Source of the DNA: Diplonema japonicum
Taxonomy: Eukaryota > Protista > Euglenozoa: Diplonemea
Assembly (NCBI GenBank): GCA_964019335.1
Contig: OZ025735.1
Location: 1 to 64,000, forward strand
Direction: 5' to 3'
DNA: 64,000 bases
Shown here: positions 1-10,374 of the stretch, piece by piece
How positions within the stretch are numbered: the stretch's first letter is position 1
How the letters are laid out: the number at the start of each line of letters is the position of its first letter
Notes under the pieces: generated by a model
The model's input: only the letters and a program-made list of their open reading frames with translations
The model's database searches: none
What the model was told of the DNA's origin: nothing
Made by a program: the position numbers and the translations under genes

Positions 1-23
1 GGGTTTGCGGGTTTGCGGGTTTG
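1..23. repeat. (GGGTTTGC)n microsatellite, truncated by the window edge
   Basis: About three copies of GGGTTTGC at the window start. Confidence 0.7.
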
Positions 24-212
24 ACAACGAGGAACCGAAGTCTGGAAGGAAGGACCATCGTCTTCATGGACAAGACTTCGACAGCTGGCGAGTTCCCCAC
101 CTCCACCACCAGAACCAGCTCAGGGTCAGCTGTCACAAGCTCCTCAAGCTCTGAAACCACTTCTGAGCTCTCAAGCTCCTCCAGCTGAACAGTTCTCTAA
201 TTTTTTTTTCTC

Positions 213-735
213 AAAAGTACCTATCCTAGGCCTCAATAGAGGCATTTAGTGAAGTGGGGTGAAAGTGAGATGTTTGGGGGTCAAAAAAAAAGGTGCCCAA
301 AAAAAAAACTATTTTTCACATGAACAAGTGGTCAAAAACACCTGAAAAGTGGTTTCCATAAGGGTGCCTATATCAGGCCTAGTAATGGTCTATCTGTTGG
401 TTTTCTCTCCTTTATGACTTACCCTTTTCATTCTTTGTATTGACCCCCTTTTTTTTACTGTACTTTATTGGGTGCATAGGGTGCTGGAAAAAAAAAAAAA
501 ATAGTGTCCAAAAAAATTGCTTTTCCTCCCAAAAAAAAGTGGCCAAAAACACCCTTAAATTGATTTTTTCTCAAAAAAAAAAAAAAAATTCCCTCAAAAA
601 TACCTATTCTAGACCTTAATGAGGCTAATAGTGAAGGTGAGATGGTCATGGGTCAAAAAAAAAGTGCCCAAAGAATTTTTTTCCTCACAAAAGAAATTGT
701 CAAAAACACCTGAATAGTGATATTTTACCTCAGAA
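213..735. repeat. Dispersed repeat family: diverged direct copies (~213-355 and ~596-735); 312-432 recurs inverted at ~6695-6843
   Basis: Shared tacctat.ctag.cct...gtcaaaaacacctgaa.agtg. gcctatatcaggcctagtaatggtctatctgttggttttctctcctttatgacttaccc has its reverse complement at ~6700-6765. Confidence 0.75.
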
Positions 736-926
736 AAAAAGATTGGGAAGAAAATGGAAAGGGTGGAAACTAATAATAGAGTGCAAGGTCTGACATGGAG
801 GTCAACAGTGAACAAGACATCTGATGTACTTCTTTATATTTCCATATTTCTGTGTCATCCCCACCCAATAATAAAAGAGGTAAGTTCTGCATTGTGTCCT
901 TAATGCATGCAGTGTGCAATGGACAT

Positions 927-1070
927 TGTGGAACTGGCAGAACATGGTGGAACTGGTGGAACATGTAACTGGTGGAACTGGCAGAACTGGTGGAACCAGT
1001 GGAACATGGCAAAACTGGCAGAACATGGTGAAACTGGTGGAACTGGTGGAACATGGTGGAACAGCAGAAC
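927..1070 (+). repeat. GGAAC-motif subterminal repeat array (TGG(T/C)(G/A)GAAC-like units), a CpG-decayed relative of the elements at 6070-6154 and 8045-8159
   Basis: Tandem ggtggaac/ggcagaac units. Opposite-strand relatives keep some CpG forms (gttccgcc, gttccg). Confidence 0.65.
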
Positions 1071-1499
1071 ATCCCAACAGGGGGAGCCAAAAAAAAGGGA
1101 GGTTAAAACCCAACGAGTCGAATATAAAGGGAAAAAGGTGACTGACATCCTCAAGAGGAGCCTCCCACGTACCAGGAATTAAGCAGAGGTTGCTTCCATG
1201 GCCCATATCAGTCTATTGCTGGAAAGAAAGAAACATGCAAGAGTGACACAGGGGTTGATCCCAAAGTATGGAATAACCCTACACTGCAGATCCAAGCTTG
1301 AGTACCACCCAACATCAACAGGCACTGCCAAGGCAGACCAGGTGTTGCTCACTCCTTTAATTGGAACCCCTCACAAGTGTAAAAAACATCTCCCTCCCAC
1401 CTACCTCCCTCTATCATTTGTGTTTATCAGTGTTTTATGAGGAAAAGGGGAAAGAAAAAAAAAGGAAAGGAGAGAGGTAAAAAACCCACTTCTATTTTT

Positions 1500-1757
1500 T
1501 GGCAAATACTTGTAGATAAAGGACCCACAATTTTGTGGTATGAGTACTCACCCCCCCTCCCCAAAAGGTGAGAAAGCACCTGTTAAAAACTAGCAAGCTA
1601 TGATTTGCTTGTGTTCTTCTTTTTTTTGACTCTTTGATTTCTGTTTTCCCTTTCCCCCACCCACCCCCACACCCCCCTGGCTGGGAGGAGGGAAAAAGAA
1701 AGAAGAGAGAATGGTCTGGCCAGCCTAAAAAAAAAGAGGTTTATTTAAAAAAAAAAA
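1500..1757. repeat. Dispersed repeat with an inverted copy at ~6858-7105
   Basis: cttgtagataaaggacccaca...gtggtatgagt.ctcacccccc and ggccagcc.aaaaaaaaagaggtttatttaaaaaa match the reverse complement of 6858-7105. Confidence 0.75.
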
Positions 1758-3110
1758 TCCACAGATCTGTCTGTGTACGTGGTGATGTCAGCTTTGGGCA
1801 GCTTCTGGAGTACTTCCTCTCTGCATGTCCTCTGTTCATCCTTCTTTTTCTTCTTAATGCCTTGCCCTTCTGTTCCAACATCCAGTTGTGCCAGCAGACT
1901 CCACTCCCATGGGGGAAAGGGTGATGAGTGGTGAAGAGGTGCTCTTTGTATTTCTTCAATTTGTTCTCCTTGATTGCCCTGCTCCTTGCCTCAAAGAGCC
2001 AGGTTCCTCTTGCTGTTCCTGCCCCCATCACTACGTACATAGATGATGTCTCGTATTTTATCATCCTGTACTGGCCATAGCCTTGCTATTTTCAGGAGGT
2101 CTTGGATAGGTGTCATAGGAAGGCAGCCTGTTATGATGTGTGCTGCTGTGTTGTGTGCTACTTCCAACATTGCAATGTCTCTGGCTGTCAGGGTGGGTCC
2201 ATACACTCCAAGGGTGTATCTTGCCACAGGTAAGACATAGGTGAGGTAGACAGTGCAGAGGGTTGATGCTTGGTTGGTGCCTGCAAGTGCCTTCATGACT
2301 GCTGCCCTGAAGTTCATCTTCTCATCGAATTTCACCCCAAGGAACACTGGCTCTTCTTGGTACATTACCAGAGTTTGCTGCCCTGCCACATCCTTGTGGT
2401 ACACAACTGGTCTGCATTCTGTCTTTTTGTTTGGTCCTGATGCCATCATACAAGTCTTCATCTTTGACAGATTTAGGCCCCACTTTTCTGACCACCCACA
2501 CCATGTCCAGCACTTCTTGTACCTTGCTTCTTCTTAGGCTTTCACCTTCATCTTGTCCCACCCTTTATGTAGGTTATAGGGCAAGGCTGGGTCTTTCAAC
2601 AGCTGATCTCTCTGTAAAATGGCAGATGCACTTTGTTGGATTTTTCCCCAATGCGACTCTTACATGGACTCTGCATGTGTTGGTGCCATGGTCTTTGAAA
2701 AGAGAAGTCTCCTTCTTTACAGTCAGCCACTTGTTCACTATAATTCCCACTCCTCCTCTTTGGGTGACCAAGGGGGACTCTGCATCCTTGGATATCTTTC
2801 CCTGTTGCAGGGGACCCCAGAAGAGACGGTGTTCTTTCAGGAAGGCATCACGTTTTGTTTCTTTGTCTCTCCATTGCTATGAAGTCAACAGCAAGCTCTG
2901 CCTTGGACACTTGCCCTCCATCCTTGCCCCATTTCAGGGCACTCAGCCATTTGAGGACAAACAGGATCAGCCCTGGGAAGTACTTCTTCCCCAGCCCATG
3001 CTTGTGATACCAGCAGAGTTTCCCTGCAATTTCCACAAACATCAGGTGTAGTTCCTTGACACTTGTCAGGCTTATGTTGTAATAATGCTGTGTAGATGGG
3101 TGCATGCAGA
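1758..3110 (-). mobile_element. Decayed, internally deleted non-LTR retrotransposon (ingi/I-clade-like): APE fragment, RT C-terminus/thumb, start of RNase H
   Basis: Minus-strand frames give DFIAM(E)ETK and RGGVGIIV (APE), then QEVLDMV..., PVFLGVKFDEKMNF...LEVAHNTAAHIITGCLPMTPIQDLL (RT thumb), then LPKADITTYTDRSV (RNase H TDGS motif) at ~1760-1800. Frameshifts and stops are present and the YADD core is missing. Confidence 0.8.
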
Positions 3111-3329
3111 CCTTTGTGAGGAGGTCATGTGTTCCAACCGAATTGGAGAAAAAAAGATACCCAGTTAGTGGGGAAAAAAAAAAGAGAAAAAAATCCTTGA
3201 TTGACATACATGATGTGTTTACCTTTTTTTTTTTCCCTTCTTTTTTTTCTTGTCTTCTCACATTTTTTCACACACCTAAGCCAAGCTGTTGTTTCTGCTT
3301 TCTGCATTAAATGTTGTATTTGGATGTAA

Positions 3330-3660
3330 TAGAAAAGGGCAAGGAACCCCCAAAGACAAACAGCTTGGGCAGGAAAGTGAAATCTGCATCAATTGACTGA
3401 AGACAGGACACCACCCACTGCTGAAGGACTACTGTGAGGGTCCAAAGCAAAAGCCATGTCAGCTGTGTGGCACAAAGCGCACACCCTGACCACCTGGTGA
3501 TGAGCTGCAAGGGTACTGCAGCAGGGAGGGCAGAACTGGGAGCCAAAGGCCTTGCAGAGGCACTCCTCGATAAACCACAGCAGACTGCAGACCTCTTCAG
3601 TTCAATCAAAGAGATGATCACACAGGACCAGCAGTAGAAGTAAATAGAACAGTAAAAAAA
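3330..3660 (+). mobile_element. 3' end fragment of an ingi/I-like LINE (C-terminal CCHC zinc motif) followed by an A-rich tail
   Basis: EICIN*LKTGHHPLLKDY...PCQLCGTK..DHLVMSC...R (frameshifted) matches the RLRTGH...CxxC...HLLxxC motif. The in-frame TGA probably derives from CGA. Confidence 0.7.
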
Positions 3661-3823
3661 AGAAAAGAGAAAAAAAACAGGAACAGAAAACAAAAAGAAA
3701 GGAAATAGTGTGAGAGTGTCACAAAGACCCAATTTTGGTACTTTTGGTTTCAAAAGTTCAAAAAAAGAGGTCCAAGGTTTGGGTGGGATGTGAGGCAAGG
3801 CTCATACTACCTTGTTGTGGCTA

Positions 3824-3868
<45 letters not shown>

Positions 3869-3994
3869 AAAAAATGTCAGGGGGTTTGGAGACCTGCTTT
3901 GAAAAAAATATTAAAAAGAGGCCTTTGCAAGAAAAGTACAATGCAAAAAAAAAAAAAAAAGTAAAAAAAAAAAAAAGTAAAAAAAAGGGATGGG

Positions 3995-4083
3995 CAGTGT
4001 TGGCCAGAGTCCAGTCAGTCTGGTCAGTCCAGTCAGTCTGGTAAATTGGGTACACTGGACCAGACCGGATTCACCCATCACTG
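3995..4083. mobile_element. Mini hAT-like MITE (CAGTGTTGG...CCATCACTG) with GTCAGTC(C/T)G repeats
   Basis: Imperfect TIR with CAGTG termini. Near-identical copy at ~6601-6694; related motif array at ~4720-4825 on the opposite strand. No clear TSD. Confidence 0.6.
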
Positions 4084-4944
4084 CTTCAAGGGGAATTTTG
4101 CTTATCATCACCCAAAATTAGGCCAAAATTCCAAAAATACCATTCTAAAATGAAGCTTGATTTTGTGATTTTCAGGTGGCCATTTCGACCCCAAGGAAAA
4201 TTCCTAAAGTGATTTTTGAAAAAAGATTTTCAGCCCAAGTGGGGTTAAAACTTTCCATTGGCTGTTCAGAATTCCATTTTTGGGACAAAATTGGGTGTTC
4301 AAAAAAAATTATTCTTTGCCCTCCCAGTGTTGTCATGAGGATGAGTTACCCCTGAGATTTTTGGATTTTTACTTACTTTTTACTTCAGAATATAGTTTAG
4401 AGATGTGTATTCCACCTAAACACCTTTCTGAACTTTTTGGTTTGCAGAAATGGGTTTATAAGGTGTTTTTAATATAAATTTCATGATTTCTGGCTATTTC
4501 CAGAAAAAAAATTTTGGGGTCAAAAATAGCCAAAGTGACCCCAAGTTTGGGGTCCCCTGGGAAAAAAAATTTTTTTTTTTGGCCAAAAATTTCCAAAAAA
4601 GTCTGTTTTGAGGGTGCTAAATGTGTGAGGGTCCCTAGAAAAAAAATTTTTTTTTGCCCCCCCACCCCCCTGTGCCCCCCTGCCCCCCTGCCCACCCCCC
4701 TGGGTTTTTTCCCATAACACTGACCAGACTGGATCCGGTGTGAATTTCGACCCAATTATGCTGGACTGACTGGACTGACCAGACTGGACTGGACCAGACT
4801 GGACTGGACTGAACCGGACCGGACAAGATACAACCACAACACCACATCCCCCCCTTTTTTTTGCTGCAGAGTTCAAACGTATAAACAGATGTCTACAAGA
4901 AAAGATGTTACACAGGTACTGAGAGACGACAACAACAAGCAAAC

Positions 4945-5875
4945 CGCACGAGTGCAGAATCTTGGTTACCCAGGGCGCCCTGGCTAGGGTTGAGCTGAAC
5001 ACCACACACATTAAGGACACGACACGGAACACAGAAGAAGCTACAACTCGGCTGCAGTGCCCCCCCTGTATCAAGTTAACAGTTCTTGTGCAGGCGCCGC
5101 CAACACGACGAACAGGCATTTTCCTCCATCCACTTGGCCGGTCATCACCTGTAGCACCCTGAGTGGAAGAACAAATTGCAGATGCTCAGGGTGAGTAAAC
5201 TACTTAGGGCACCAGCTGGGGTTGAGCTGCACACCACATGCATTAAGGACACGACGCGGAACGCAGAAGCGGCCGAGGTGCACCCCCTGTCACTGGTCTC
5301 CTTTACCTCTTTCATGTTATTTGGTGGTGGGGATTACAGAAATATGGAAATATAAGAAGTACATCAGATGTGTTGTTCACTGTTGACCTCCACGTCGGTC
5401 ATCACTGGTAGCGCCCGAGTGGAGGAACGTATTGCAGATGCTCTGGTGTTGAGCTGCACACTGCACACATTAAGGACACGACACGGAATATTGTGCTGTC
5501 AGTGTTGTGGTGATATAGTCACCACTTTCGACCTTGATAATGCAAACGCAGAAGCGGCCAAGGTGCACCCCCTGTCACACGGTCTCCTTTACCTCTTTCA
5601 TGTTATTTGGTGGTGGGGATCACAGAAATATGGCAATATAAGAAGTACATCAGATGTGTTGTTCGCTGTTGACCTCCATGTTGGTCATCACCGGTTGTGC
5701 CCGAGTGGAGGAACGTATTGCAGATGCTCAGGGTGATGAACTGGCAGCAAACTACACAGGCCCAGAATCTTACTTACCAGGTGTTGAGCTGCACACTGCA
5801 CACATTAAGGACACGACATGGAATATTGTGCTGTCAGTGTTGTGGTGATATAGTCACCACTTTCAACCTTGATGA
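4945..5875. repeat. Degenerate tandem/dispersed repeat (~285-bp period in the core), with further copies at ~790-925 (inverted) and ~6155-6285
   Basis: cgcagaagcggcc.aggtgcaccccctgtcac at ~5262 and ~5547. gttgagctgcacac.gcacacattaaggacacgac recurs at least 4 times. ctttacctctttcatgttatttggtggtgggga...gaagtacatcagatgt occurs twice, plus an inverted copy near 800-880. Confidence 0.8.
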
Positions 5876-5897
5876 TGCAAAGAGGAAAAAAAAAGGG

Positions 5898-5938
<41 letters not shown>

Positions 5939-6069
5939 CTAGTTTGGCACTCCATTTGTTTGTGCACACGAGCGGAATTTTACCTAATAAAATAGCTCAT
6001 TACGCTGCCATCAACTAGTTTTTAGTCTCGACAATAATATTGTTAAAACAAAAAAAAAGGTAAGGAATT

Positions 6070-6154
6070 CCCTGTTCCGCCAAGTTCCGGTTCTGCCATT
6101 CTGCCAAGTTCCGACTTTCAGTTTGGCGGAAGGGAACGGAACGACCCACCCCTG
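6070..6154 (-). mobile_element. End of a hAT-like non-autonomous element (terminus CAGGGGTGGGT on the - strand); second copy at ~8045-8159
   Basis: Both copies end in tttggc(g/a)gaagggaacggaac(g/c)acccacccctg and carry GTTCC subterminal repeats. Confidence 0.6.
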
Positions 6155-6494
6155 CACGAGCAGAATCTTGGTTACCCAGGACGCCCCGGCTGGGGTTGAG
6201 CTGAACACCGCACACATTAGGGACACGACACGGAACGCAGAAGAAGCTACAACTCGGCTGTGGTGTACCCCCTGTAATCAAGTAGTCTTGTGCAGGTCCT
6301 TTAACTCATATATCTCTCACCGCGGCCGGGTTGTAGCTTCTTCTGTGTTCCGCATCGATCACCACAGCCGGGTTGTATTACATCCAAATACAACATTTCC
6401 GGACATATGTACATACCTGCAGCTGCAGTGCACCAGAGTAGATAGGTGCAAATGGCTTGATGGAGCTGTGCATGTCTGTGGTATGAAGAAGAAG

Positions 6495-6538
<44 letters not shown>

Positions 6539-6600
6539 TGTCCAAAAATATTTGAAAAAAAAGTGTTTGCAGGTGTGTCAAAAATTGCAGAAAATTTTTG

Positions 6601-6694
6601 AGTCTGGTCAGTCTGGCCGATCCGGTCAGTCTGGTCAGTCCGGTCAGTCCGGTAAATTGGGTACACTGGACCGGACCGGATTCACCCATCACTG
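6601..6694. mobile_element. Second copy of the CAGTG-ended MITE (CpG-intact)
   Basis: 6621-6694 matches 4010-4083 except for 4 CpG-site transitions. Confidence 0.65.
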
Positions 6695-7480
6695 GAATGA
6701 GAAGGGTAAGTCATAAAGGAGAGAAAACCAACAGATAGATCATTATTAGGCCTGATATAGGTACCCTTTCAGGAAAAAGTCAATTTTTCTGAGGTAAAAA
6801 AACCACTTTTCAGGTGTTTTTGACCACTTGTTCATGTGAAAAATATATATATATATATTTTTTTTAAATAAACCTCTTTTTTTTTGGCTGGCCAAGCCCT
6901 CTCCTTTCTTTTTCTCCCTCCCTGGCCTTGGGTAGGGGTTGGGGTGGGTGGGGCCTGGGTGGGTGAAAGTGAAGAGGAGTGAAAAAAGGGTACACAAGTC
7001 TATCCTGGCTTGCTCTTCTTTAACGGGTGCTTTGCTCACTTTTGGGTAGGGGGGTGAGCAACTCATACCACACATTTGTGGGGTCTTTATCTACAAGTTT
7101 TGCCTTGAGTTATGTTTTTTCTTTTTTTCTTTGGTTTTTTCCCATAACAACACTGCTGGTACCTTGTACACATTGGGAAAAAAAATAAATAGAAATATAC
7201 TAGCTGATGAGAGATGAGAGTTACTTACTTTCTTTTTTTTTTTTTTTTCCTACAAGGAAGGGATCCACACCCACCCTCACAACTCTGTTCCCGTTTCCAC
7301 TCCTGTGACTAAGCACAGGCAGACCCAAAGAAAGAAATGATGAAGAAAACCACCCAAGGAACCCAAGGCACCAAGGAAAAACGAAAAGAGAGGGAACCAG
7401 TAGAAAAGAGAAATAGAAAACACCACGGATCGCTGGGGGAGAGGCCCTCGACAAAGCGTCTCGTGAAACTCGCTCTGGGC

Positions 7481-7521
7481 ATCGCTTTAGTGAAGTGGCT
7501 TCGCCACTTCACTAAAGCGAT
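7481..7521. repeat. Perfect 19-bp inverted repeat with a 3-nt loop (GCGAAGC apex on the - strand)
   Basis: atcgctttagtgaagtggc-ttc-gccacttcactaaagcgat. Confidence 0.9.
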
Positions 7522-7908
7522 AAGTAGGGAATACCCTGACGCCCCCTCGAACAGCCGTGCCACCGCTGCGTGCACACAAGCCACCATCATCGATTCGTCC
7601 TCCCCGTCCTGTGTGTGTGTGTGTTGATACTCCGAGAACGGAAAAAACATGACAAATGAAAAAATCAAAAAGAGAGGAATGCAAACAGGGGCGGGACTCG
7701 TGAGGGAGTTCAAGTGGACCCCTCATCAGAGGCGTGGTTTTCTTCCACCACTCGAAAGCTGCCCTTACACGAAACAACGCCAACACCCGGCGGATCCACC
7801 TGCCGTTCACCCTCGCCACCCCTCTGCAATGGATTGCCATTTCGTGTTAAATAATGGCTGTTTTGTGTTAAATAATGAACCCCCTAGTGAATGAAGAAAA
7901 TGACAAGA

Positions 7909-8008
7909 GTGAAATTAATAGCTATTTACTGCCAACAAGTAATGACTTTACCGTTACCTTGAGGTTGGTAAAGCATTACTTGGTGGTAGGTAAGTGGTTT
8001 TATTTCAC
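7909..8008. repeat. Imperfect ~100-nt inverted repeat
   Basis: gtgaaat...caagtaatgactttacc pairs with ggtaaagcattacttg...atttcac. Confidence 0.65.
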
Positions 8009-8377
8009 GACACTCTCTCTCTAAGAAGAAGAAAAAGTAAGAACTCCTTGTTCTGTCACGTTCCACCATGTTCTGCCCATTCCCTCTTGTTCCGGTTCTG
8101 CTGTTCCACCAAATTCCGATTTTCCGTTTGGCAGAAGGGAACGGAACCACCCACCCCTGCCTCAGGTCCCTGGGACCTGGGGAACCTTACCAACACTGAC
8201 AGGGCTCTGGACACTGTTGTGGGCTTATTGTTCCCCCATGTAACCATCTTTTTTTTTTACTGGGTCAATACTGACTCTCATCAACCAATCTTTTTATTCC
8301 TCAAGTTTGTTGCTTTTGATTTCTCAGCAGTTGAACATCCAGAAGAAGGAAAAGCACAAAAGAAGAAGGGGGGAGAG

Positions 8378-8992
8378 ATGACAAAAAAACTCTGCATTCT
8401 TCAAGCAGCAATGAAGGAGGCTGATTGGGCACGGTTGCAGCCAGCGATCAAAGGTCACTATGATGTCAGTGGTGATGGCAATATGATATTTTGTAAAGGG
8501 GTTATGGAAGAGGTGAGTCATAATGCTGTGGTGAAGCCATTATTGTGGCTGTTCAGACCACTGGAGGCCTTAGTGCCTTTCAATGGTGTTAATATAGGCT
8601 GTGAGGTGACCCACATCGCTACAGACAGCAGCTTACTCTTCAACAGAGTGTTCAAGAGACAAGATGGTAAAAAGGTGAACTTCAACAGCAAGTTAAAACT
8701 CCACAATGGCGAACTTGTAGAGTTCATCAAAGGTGGGCTGGGAATGCGTCTTAACCCAACCACGGACCCTGATGGCTCTCTTCGGATGGAGTCCCTTGGT
8801 TATGTCCTCTGGCTTGGCCCTGTCAGTCTCTACATCCCTTCTTTCTTGGTACCATTCGGAAACGCTGTTATCACTGAAACAAGTGTCACCCCCACCACAA
8901 CACGAATGGGGTATGTTTCCACTCACCCACTCCTCGGGCGAACCATGGGGTACACTGGCACCTTCAAGATCAACAAAGCAAAGCTTGCTTGA
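8378..8992 (+). CDS. DUF4166-like domain protein (bacterial-type), intronless
   Basis: ATG at 8378 inside ORF 7994-8992. Motifs WARLQPAIKGHY, FNRVF..., LVEF..GGLGMRL, YIPSFLVP and HPLLGRTMGYTGTF resemble DUF4166. Confidence 0.65.
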   Translation: MTKKLCILQAAMKEADWARLQPAIKGHYDVSGDGNMIFCKGVMEEVSHNAVVKPLLWLFRPLEALVPFNGVNIGCEVTHIATDSSLLFNRVFKRQDGKKVNFNSKLKLHNGELVEFIKGGLGMRLNPTTDPDGSLRMESLGYVLWLGPVSLYIPSFLVPFGNAVITETSVTPTTTRMGYVSTHPLLGRTMGYTGTFKINKAKLA

Positions 8993-9105
8993 AGATTAAC
9001 TCGTGGCTGTGTTCACCCCCCCCTTTTTTTTGTTCTCACAATATATTGTTCAGGAAGAAAGCTCCAGATGGTTCTTAATTCTCGCCCCCACCCCCCCCCC
9101 CCCCC

Positions 9106-9147
<42 letters not shown>

Positions 9148-10374
9148 CCTCATTAGCGAAGAAATACAGGAAAAAAGATTCAGGAAATATCTGTCCGGAA
9201 AAGGTTTTCCAGTTGAGGGAAGTTTTGTAAGGGTAGCTCTTCAAATTACCCGAGACTGGAAAAATTTGTCAAACCGTAAGTTTGACCTGGGCTGCGGTAC
9301 TATGTTAGCTTTCTTTTCTTTGCGGACCGTTGCTAACCACTTCGTTCCTATCATAGTGAATTCTTTTTCGTAAACAGGGAAAAGTTGCTGGAGCAAGGTA
9401 CAAGGTACAAGGTAAGGATCGTTTTTCTACTGCTGTGGAAAGCGAAGAACTGGAAGCGGAAAAGAAGAAGAAAAAAAAAAAAAAAAGGAAGGTGTTGGTG
9501 TTGGTGGGTTTAGCGATATCCGCTCATCATGTGGTTCGCCGTGTTTTTGCATGGACCGCTTCATTTCTTCCTGCCTTTGCCCTCCCACATCGTACTACAG
9601 GTTGACATGCCCTCGAACTACTGCTTCACGAGAAGAGAATGGTGTAGTTGCACCTGCTTTGTAATTAGGGGTTTAGGTCAAGAAGGGTAAATCACCGAGG
9701 CAACCGAGCTGAACTGTCAGAAGGTCTTCTCTGACCGAAAGAACTCGTAAATGAACAATTGTTGAACATTCTAGGAAACGAGTCATATATACAATATTCT
9801 CGCTAATACCTCGCCAAGTTTGGAGGATATGGTGAACGGGATGAGATAAAAAATGGAATACCATCTGACCACCGGCAACGGGAGCTATCTCCCATTGTTA
9901 GCAAGATGAGAGTACTTGTTGGACTGACACCTATTGATTTCCCTTCTGCCGTCTCAGCCGAGAGCGAGACTGCGCTGCCACACGGCTGTATTTGGGTTGT
10001 ACAGGGGGAAGCTTTAGCGTTCTTGACAGGCACAGATTGCGTTAGCTCTGCTTTTTAGGAAGCTTCTATAAAGTTCTTCGGCTTCGGCTTCTGCTTCTGC
10101 TTCTATGCTGTCTTCAGCTTTTGCAGTCGAAATTATTATAACATACATTGTTGCAGTGGTATGTTATACTTGCATCCAGTTATCATTTTTCAAGTAAGTG
10201 AGAGTTTGGATGTGTTTTTTTCTTCCTTTTACCCTTTTCAGAGAAGTGTGCTTGTTCATGGATAACGAACACCATTTAGTAACACTCCACCCGTTTGTTT
10301 ACACTGAGGCATTTTAGTCAAGTGTGAACTCACTATGCAATACTTACTTCAGCTTATTATACGGGGGAAAGAGA

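Noticed and set aside
1-23. GGGTTTGC repeat as a telomere
   Set aside because: Only about 3 units are visible, it is not TTAGGG, and a G-rich strand at a left end is the wrong orientation.
9068-9373. ORF with poly-Pro and DLGCGT (methyltransferase motif I)
   Set aside because: The poly-Pro comes from a C homopolymer, and the single short motif has no further methyltransferase motifs.
9600-10050. Coding-like stretch with possible short introns
   Set aside because: No consistent spliced ORF or recognisable domain could be built.
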